Positions 55,971 through 64,000 of a stretch of DNA of 64,000 bases are shown in pieces. Made by a program: the position numbers and the translations under genes. Source of the DNA: the human T2T-CHM13v2.0 reference genome, Homo sapiens; assembly GCF_009914755.1 (NCBI RefSeq), contig NC_060943.1. The stretch is one strand, 5' to 3'. Numbering within the stretch: the first letter of the stretch is position 1; each line of letters begins with the position of its first letter. The notes beneath the pieces are model-generated. The model was given only the letters and a program-made list of their open reading frames with translations. It did no database searches and was not told the origin of the DNA.

Positions 55971-56680
55971 AACTTCAGACCACATTTGCAATAAAATCCA
56001 AAATCTGGCTGGGCATGGTGACTCACACCTGTAATCTCAGCACATTGGGAGACTGAGGCAGGAGGACTGCTTGAGCCCAGGAGTTTGAGACTAGCCTGGG
56101 CAGCATAGTGGGGGCCCCATCTCTATGAAAAATACAAAAATTAGCAGGGTGTGGTGGCACACACCTATAGTCCCAGCTACTAGGGAGGCTGAGGTGGGAG
56201 GATTGCTTGAGCCTGGGAGATTGAGGCCGCGGTGAGCTGATTGTGCCACTGCACTCCAGCCTGGGATAGAGTGAGACCTTGTCTCTAATAAATACACAAG
56301 CAAAATCCAAAGTTTGCTTTGGATTGCTAGCCCATCAAAAAGGCTAGCTCCTTGAAGGTGGGAATTTTTGCCACTTTAGTTCCCTGCTGCATGCCCAGCA
56401 ACTGGAACAGTGCCTTGCACATAGTAGGTGCTCAGTAAATGTGAAGGATGAATGAAGACATCCAGCTTCCCCTTGTATGTCAGGATGTAAAGACACCTGA
56501 AGCCCTTGTCACATGGCCTTACAGGAGCATAGGAGCGGAGCGTTTCTGAATTGCCCCCCTTCCCACAAGTCTACTTGCTGACATGGAGCGAGAAGACACG
56601 GGAGTCTACTCTTGCTATGCACTTACTCTGAAAATTGCTCTCTCACTGTGCTTTGGGCATCTTGTCTGTAAAACAGGAAG

Positions 56681-57042
56681 GTGTCTTAGTCCCTTCAGGC
56701 TGCTGTAACAAAATACCATAGACTGTATGGCTTATACACAACAGAAATTTATGTCTCATAGCTCTGGAGTCTGGGAAGTCTGCAATCAATGCACCAGCAG
56801 ATTCGATGGCTGGTGAGAACCCACTTTCTTGCTTATAGGCACCTGCTGGCTGTGTTCTCATGTGGTGGAAGGGGCAAGGCAGCTCTCCAGGGCCTCTTTT
56901 ATAAGGGCACTAATCCTATTCATGGGGGCTCCACCCTCATGATCTCACCACCTCCCAAAGGCCCCACCTCCCAGTAATATCACTTTGGTAATTAGGTTTC
57001 AAAAGATGAATTTTGGGGAGACACAAACATTCAGACAATAGC
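56681..57042 (-). mobile_element. MLT1A/MST-like solo LTR
   Basis: TGTCTTAGTC...GCTGCTGTAACAAAATACCATAGACTG...ACAAACATTCAGACAATAGCA. Confidence 0.82.
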
Positions 57043-57659
57043 AGGATGCAACTTACTTTTTTGCTTCTCTCACTGAGTTGCTGGAAAGATCAAGTGGCAA
57101 AAAGCATGTGAAAGAACATGGTCAAGCATGTGCACAGAGAACATGCTAAAGGATCCCATCTCTATGAAGTTCATGCAGTTATGAAAGTGTCCTGCACTCC
57201 TTGTGTTCCTTCCTCCCTCAGACCTTTGTCCAGGCTGTCTCCTCTACCTAGAATGTGCTTCCTCCTGCTTCTTTTTGCCAGCTACTATTGATCCTTTAGG
57301 ATTTTGCTCAAGGGTGAATTCCTCCAGGAAGTCTTCCCTGATCTTTATAGCTTGGAGAATTTCACCTCGCTGAACTTTGCCTTGTGTGTTTTTCTGTGAA
57401 GTTAATCGGCACTCATGTGTTTAGGAGGTGGGGTTGCTTAGCAGTTCGTGGGGCTGGGAATCTGGTCCCTGAATCCATACTCACTAGATACACAAGCTCA
57501 ACCAAGTGCTTTTACCTCTCAGTTTGTTGACCTGTGACTTAGGGCTTATGACAAGTAGCCCATTTATACTGGGCCACTGCTGTGTCCCAAGTACTAAATG
57601 TTCATCTCGTTGAATCCTCACTGCAACTACTGTGAAGTAGTTCTTGTCATGTTATAGAG

Positions 57660-57665
57660 TTTATT
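57660..57665 (-). terminator. LYPD5: Candidate LYPD5 proximal poly(A) signal AATAAA
   Basis: TTTATT on + strand ~700 nt after the stop codon. Confidence 0.45.
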
Positions 57666-57710
57666 TTCACCTCCACCTTATAGGTGAGAAAATATTGGCA
57701 CAGAGAGCTC

Positions 57711-57954
57711 AAGTAACTCACCCACAGTCTCTGCAGGCTGAATGGTGGAGCTGGGATTTGAACCCATGCAGCTTAGCTCCAGAGCCTGGCTTAAGTAACT
57801 CACCCATGGTCTCTGTAGGCTGAATGCTGGAGCTGGGATTTGAACCCATGCAGCTTAGCTCCAGAGCCTGGCTTAAGTAACTCGCTCATGGTCTCTGCAG
57901 GCTGAATGGTGGAGCTGGGATTTGAACCCATGCAGCTTAGCTCCAGAGCCTGGC
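57711..57954. repeat. 3 x 82-bp tandem repeat of a MIR segment
   Basis: AAGTAACTC starts at 57711, 57793, 57875; near-identical copies. Confidence 0.92.
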
Positions 57955-58372
57955 CTACTAACTGTTAGGGCATACTGCTTATTGGGCTTCTCATGATGAC
58001 ACTAATAAAGACATCATTGTATAGCTCCCCCCTAGAGCTGCGACAGGCTCTGGAAGGAGAGCACAGGAAGCCGTGTTATGGGGTGCCTGGTGCCTGGCTG
58101 GTGCTCAGTGAGTAACAGCTGTGATCAGAATTGCTCTTCATCAGGGCACGACATGGCTGTTTTGCCCTCCCCTGGGATGCTGGTGACTGTGTCCAGTTTC
58201 TTCCAGTACTGTTGGCCAGGTTGTGGGGCACAAGGGCAGGAGAGATGGAAGGCCAGAGGGACAGGAGTGCAATTCTTACTTTAACATCATTTTCCAGTGA
58301 GCTATGTGATAGGGGCTGAAGCAGCAAGAATGAGGTGTGTGAGCCCTGTCCCCAGCATCCTGGAGGGGCGGT

Positions 58373-58611
58373 CTATGCTGAGAGCCCCACCAGCAGGAGG
58401 ACTGGGAGGAGCAGGGCCAGGACCTGTAGTGCTCGGGGAGGGGTGGTGGCTGAAGCACTGGTGAAGGGCTGGGTCATGGATTTCCTGTTGCAGAGGTACC
58501 CCTCACAGCAGGAGCCCTGGAGGTCGATGGCTGTCCAGGGGCTGGTGGTGCCCTCGGTGGTGCAGGAGGGCCGGTGGCAGGTTCTGATGTACACAGGGAC
58601 TGAGAAATTGC
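58373..58611 (-). CDS. LYPD5: LYPD5 last coding exon (end of LU domain 2, CCEGYLCN; S/T-rich spacer; hydrophobic GPI signal)
   Basis: cag|GC acceptor; TAG 58375-58373; total CDS 756 nt = 251 aa. Confidence 0.96.
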
Positions 58612-58689
58612 CTGGAGGTGGGCAAAGCAGTGAGGAACGGTCAGAACTGAGGGAGACAGCTGCACCTGAACCTTCACCTTGGTAGCTAG

Positions 58690-59245
58690 GGCCATGCCTC
58701 GGTCCTCAGACTTGCTTCAGGTTTTCCTCCTAAGACCAGGGCCAGGCCTCCCTCAGACCAGGGCCATGCCTCTTCCCTCAGAACAGGGTCGTGCCTCCTC
58801 CCTCAGACCAGGGCCATGCCTCTTCCCTCAGACCAGGGGCCATGCCTCCTCCCCCAGACCAGGGTTATGCCTCCTCCCTCAGACTGGGCATGGCCTCCTT
58901 CCTCAGAGCAGGGCCAGGCTTCTCCCTCAGACCAGGGTCATGCCTCCTCCCTCAGACCAGGGTCATGCCTCCACCCTCAGACCAGGGCCAAATCTTCTCC
59001 CTCAGACCAGGGTCAAACCTTCTCCCTCAGACCAGGGTCTTGCCTCCTCCCTCAGACCAGGGTCATGCCTCCTCCCTCAGACCAGGGTCATGCCTCCTCC
59101 CTCAGACCAGGGTCATGCCTCCTCCCTCAGACCAGGGCCAAATCTTCTCCCTCAGACCAGGGCCAAATCTTCTCCCTCAGACCAGGGTCAAACCTTCTCC
59201 CTCAGACCAGGGTCATGCCTCCCACCTCAGAGCAGGGCCATGTCT
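58690..59245 (+). repeat. 25-bp minisatellite (~22 units), MSR1-related, in LYPD5 last intron
   Basis: CTCAGACCAGGGTCATGCCTCCTCC; exact 25-bp period from 58926 to 59226. Confidence 0.92.
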
Positions 59246-59379
59246 CCCTGTTGGGCCTGTCTGGTATCACTACCCTCATGGCTGCCCTGCCTCCATATCC
59301 CTTGCCCAGGCCCTTCCACCCTTCCAGCCCCTTACCAACTGTCATTCTGCCACTGCCCTGGAAGCAGGCGGTCTGGTCC

Positions 59380-60430
<1,051 letters not shown>

Positions 60431-60594
60431 CTCATCCACCCTTTTCTTTTTCTTCCTCCTCTTCTTCCTCTCCCTCCCCATCTTTCTATCTTTATCTTTT
60501 CATCTTCTACTCAATTCCCCTCCCTTTCTGCTCCCCTCTCCCCCCTTTTTCCTCCCTAATCTCTCATCCCTGTCCCCCGGCTCCCGCTCCTTAC

Positions 60595-60723
60595 CGGTGT
60601 CCAGAGACAGGATAGCCTCAAAGCACTCATGAGGACAGGAGATGCTGGGCAGCTTCATGGCCCTGAGGTCAAAGGGGCCAAAGTAGGTGTGCTCAAAGCT
60701 GTAGCACTGCAGGGCTTGGGACC
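60595..60723 (-). CDS. LYPD5: LYPD5 exon 2 ([12 protein letters not shown]...LSLDT; start of LU domain 1)
   Basis: cag|GG acceptor, CG|gtaag donor; 129 nt. Confidence 0.96.
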
Positions 60724-61568
60724 CTGGGGAGAGAGGCGTGGCAGAGTCAGCAGGGCCAGTGTGAGCCTGTCCCAGGAACTCAGAGCTCCACCCAGCAAAT
60801 GACAGGCACACGGGCCTGGCCCCTCTGCTCCCAGGGAAGACACGCCTTGAGAGACCAGGTGCTGCTATTGCAGCTGGTCACAGCTGTGTCTGTCTCATGG
60901 CAGAGTAATGACCTCTCTGCAGCTAACAGTCCAGTTTTTTCCCTCCAGGACACTCCAGGTCTCCACCCTCTTCCAGGAAGCCCTCTCCCTAGCTATGACT
61001 TAGAATAGGAAGGAAAAGTGATTCATTCTTGCTCTGCCCATCCTTCCCCAAGCTTAACTCACAAAGTGGACAGCACAGTAAGAGACCCCTGACAAGAAAC
61101 ATGCACTCCAGGACAGGTAGAGTGAAGTGTGGTCCTGTAGTGCCCTGTAAACCCATACATCAGCCCCAGCAACACACAAACTGACATAAACACACAATAA
61201 CAACACATACACAGGTTCATCCAAGTCTCACAAATATACACAGAATATCCTGAATGCACCCAGGCAGAGTTTTACATTCTCACACAAAACAAGTACGCAT
61301 CTGGACCCTGCAATATAAACCTCCCTAACTAAGGCACAGCACTTCACACATGGAAAATCACACAGACACAAAGCGTATGTCTGTGAGGATGCTTGTGCCT
61401 GTATGATAACCATATCAACACAGAGAGGGACCAGATGCACAGAAAATCATACCCAGAGAGGTCCCAAATCACAGAAGCACAAATAAAACCAGAGGCCACA
61501 ATTATGCGATGTTTAGAGATACAGGAAAATGAGATCACAAAAACATACAGTTTAAAATCATATATGGA

Positions 61569-62412
<844 letters not shown>

Positions 62413-62994
62413 CTGAGCATATATACATAGAGATAAATATAGGCTTACAAATCACAGATACATAAACACAGACACAGATACACAAAATTACACACGCATC
62501 TCTTTTACAAAGAAAGCAAACTCAGAAACAGACCCACAAACGCATTTGTTCAGACTAAGACTTTAAAACCTATACAGAGAAACACACACAAGCACAGAGA
62601 CTCACAGGACATACTGAACCTGGACACATACAGAAATCAAACTCTCTCCCATTAAGGAGCAGAAACACACAGATTTGGTTGTGTGCAGGAATAGCCTCCT
62701 TTCTACATTTCTAATTCCCTGTCTTTGTAACCACTTCCATTCTGAAATGAGTTATGTTCCTGTCCTAGCCCACAATGGGGTAGAGGTTGCCTGAAGGTGA
62801 AGCCAGGGTTTCTGCCAGTTTCGGAAAGAGTCCTGAGGGCTCCCTGGAAATACCTTTGAATTGGGGGTTGGGCAAGGAAGAGAAGAAAGGCTGGGATGGT
62901 GGGAAGAGAGACACCAGGAAAAATGACTGATGGGAGAAGAACAAAGGCAGGGAAGAGAAATGAAAATGACATAGCCTCCAGGCTCCTGCCCACC

Positions 62995-63158
62995 AAGACC
63001 CAGGAGTCCAGGCCCCCAGCCTCCTCCTCCCTCAGACCCAGGAGTTCAGGCCCCCAGCCCCCTCCTCCCTCAGACCCAGGAGATCAGGCCCCCAACCCCT
63101 CCTCCCTCAGACCCAGGAGTCCAGGGTCTCTCCTCCCTCAGATCTAGGAGTCCAGGCC
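62995..63158 (+). repeat. MSR1-type minisatellite, ~4.5 units, in LYPD5 intron 1
   Basis: CTCAGA core at 63031, 63069, 63106, 63137. Confidence 0.9.
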
Positions 63159-63198
63159 ACCTGCCCCTTCTCACTACTGGATTCAGAAGTTTGCGTAC

Positions 63199-63262
63199 CT
63201 GTCAGGCAGAGCGCAGCCCCAAAGAGGCAGAGCAGAATGACTCTGGGGACCCCCATTGCCAT
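63199..63262 (-). CDS. LYPD5: LYPD5 first coding exon, signal peptide MAMGVPRVILLCLFGAALCLT
   Basis: gcaATGG start; AG|gtacg donor; phase 1, typical of Ly6/uPAR genes. Confidence 0.95.
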
Positions 63263-64000
63263 TGCTGAGCTGGGCCACCTGGGACAGCTCCTCCCGCTGT
63301 GATGTGCTGCCTGGCTGGTTCTCCTTACTGAGTCCTAAGCATCCCGGCCACCCAGCCTGGCCAGTATTTCTTCGTCCCACCCTCCCTATGTGGGCGGGTC
63401 TCTTCCTAGGTAATCGTGATGGAAACAGGGTGATCCTCAGTTGCTGGAGATCTACACTTCTGGGTCTGAGGGAGGAGAGAACTAGAAGTCTGGAACCCTT
63501 AATTTTGAATGATTGGTGTCTTGTTGGCCTTCTTCCTTCACCCCTCCCAGCACTCTGCTCTAATCTGAGGGTGGCACATATGGCCTTTTGACTTCCCTTC
63601 CCTCCCCCTACCCCAACACACACCACCCACACAGCTTCCAATCCTGGGATGTCTCCACACCCAAAGACACGTTCATCGTCCCATCGTCTAAACCTTCTCT
63701 GAACCCCATCTCCCCACTCATCCACACACCCTCAGCCTCCAGCACCTTCCTGTCTCCCAGCCCTGATCAAACTAGGCTGGGCTAGCGTCTGTCTCCCCTA
63801 CCGGGCTGTGAACTCTTCGGGGGCCTCCAGGAATGTCTGAGATACCGTATGACTGAACGAATGAATCAATGAATGAAGACACAAACAGAGAGGCACCAAG
63901 AGACATACAGGGAGAGACAGACACAAAAGAGAAACAGAGAGAGAGGAAGAGAGAGAGAGAGAGTGTGCCTTCGAGGAAGCAATTACACATGAGATGCAGA

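Overview
Human genomic DNA from chr19q13.31, identified by recognising the encoded proteins; the assembly or haplotype cannot be determined from the sequence. Three minus-strand genes were reconstructed exon by exon from GT-AG boundaries with consistent phases. (1) SMG9, an NMD factor: non-coding exon 1 plus coding exons 2-7, residues 1-271; the rest lies left of the window. (2) KCNN4 (KCa3.1, Gardos channel): complete, 8 coding exons, 427 aa, plus a 3'UTR exon. (3) LYPD5: complete CDS, 5 exons, 251 aa, two Ly6/uPAR domains with a GPI signal. The remainder is Alu-dense, with L1/MIR fragments, MaLR LTRs, DNA-transposon relics (including a deleted Hsmar1), four MSR1-type minisatellite arrays, STRs and low-complexity tracts. 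I see no evidence of a new gene or wholly new system, and nearly all other ORF-track entries are Alu, repeat or antisense artefacts. The most interesting candidates are: a possible NMD-feedback architecture in SMG9 (92-codon uORF stopping 6 nt before the main AUG, a PTC-bearing cassette exon, an in-frame retainable intron, a stop-free 594-nt circle); a triple-half-site DR5-DR5 element overlapping the KCNN4 exon-3 branch region; a Kozak-context GUG extension of KCNN4; inverted MSR1 arrays bracketing the KCNN4 promoter; and a 25-bp MSR1-related minisatellite in LYPD5. Repeat boundaries and subfamily calls are by eye and approximate.
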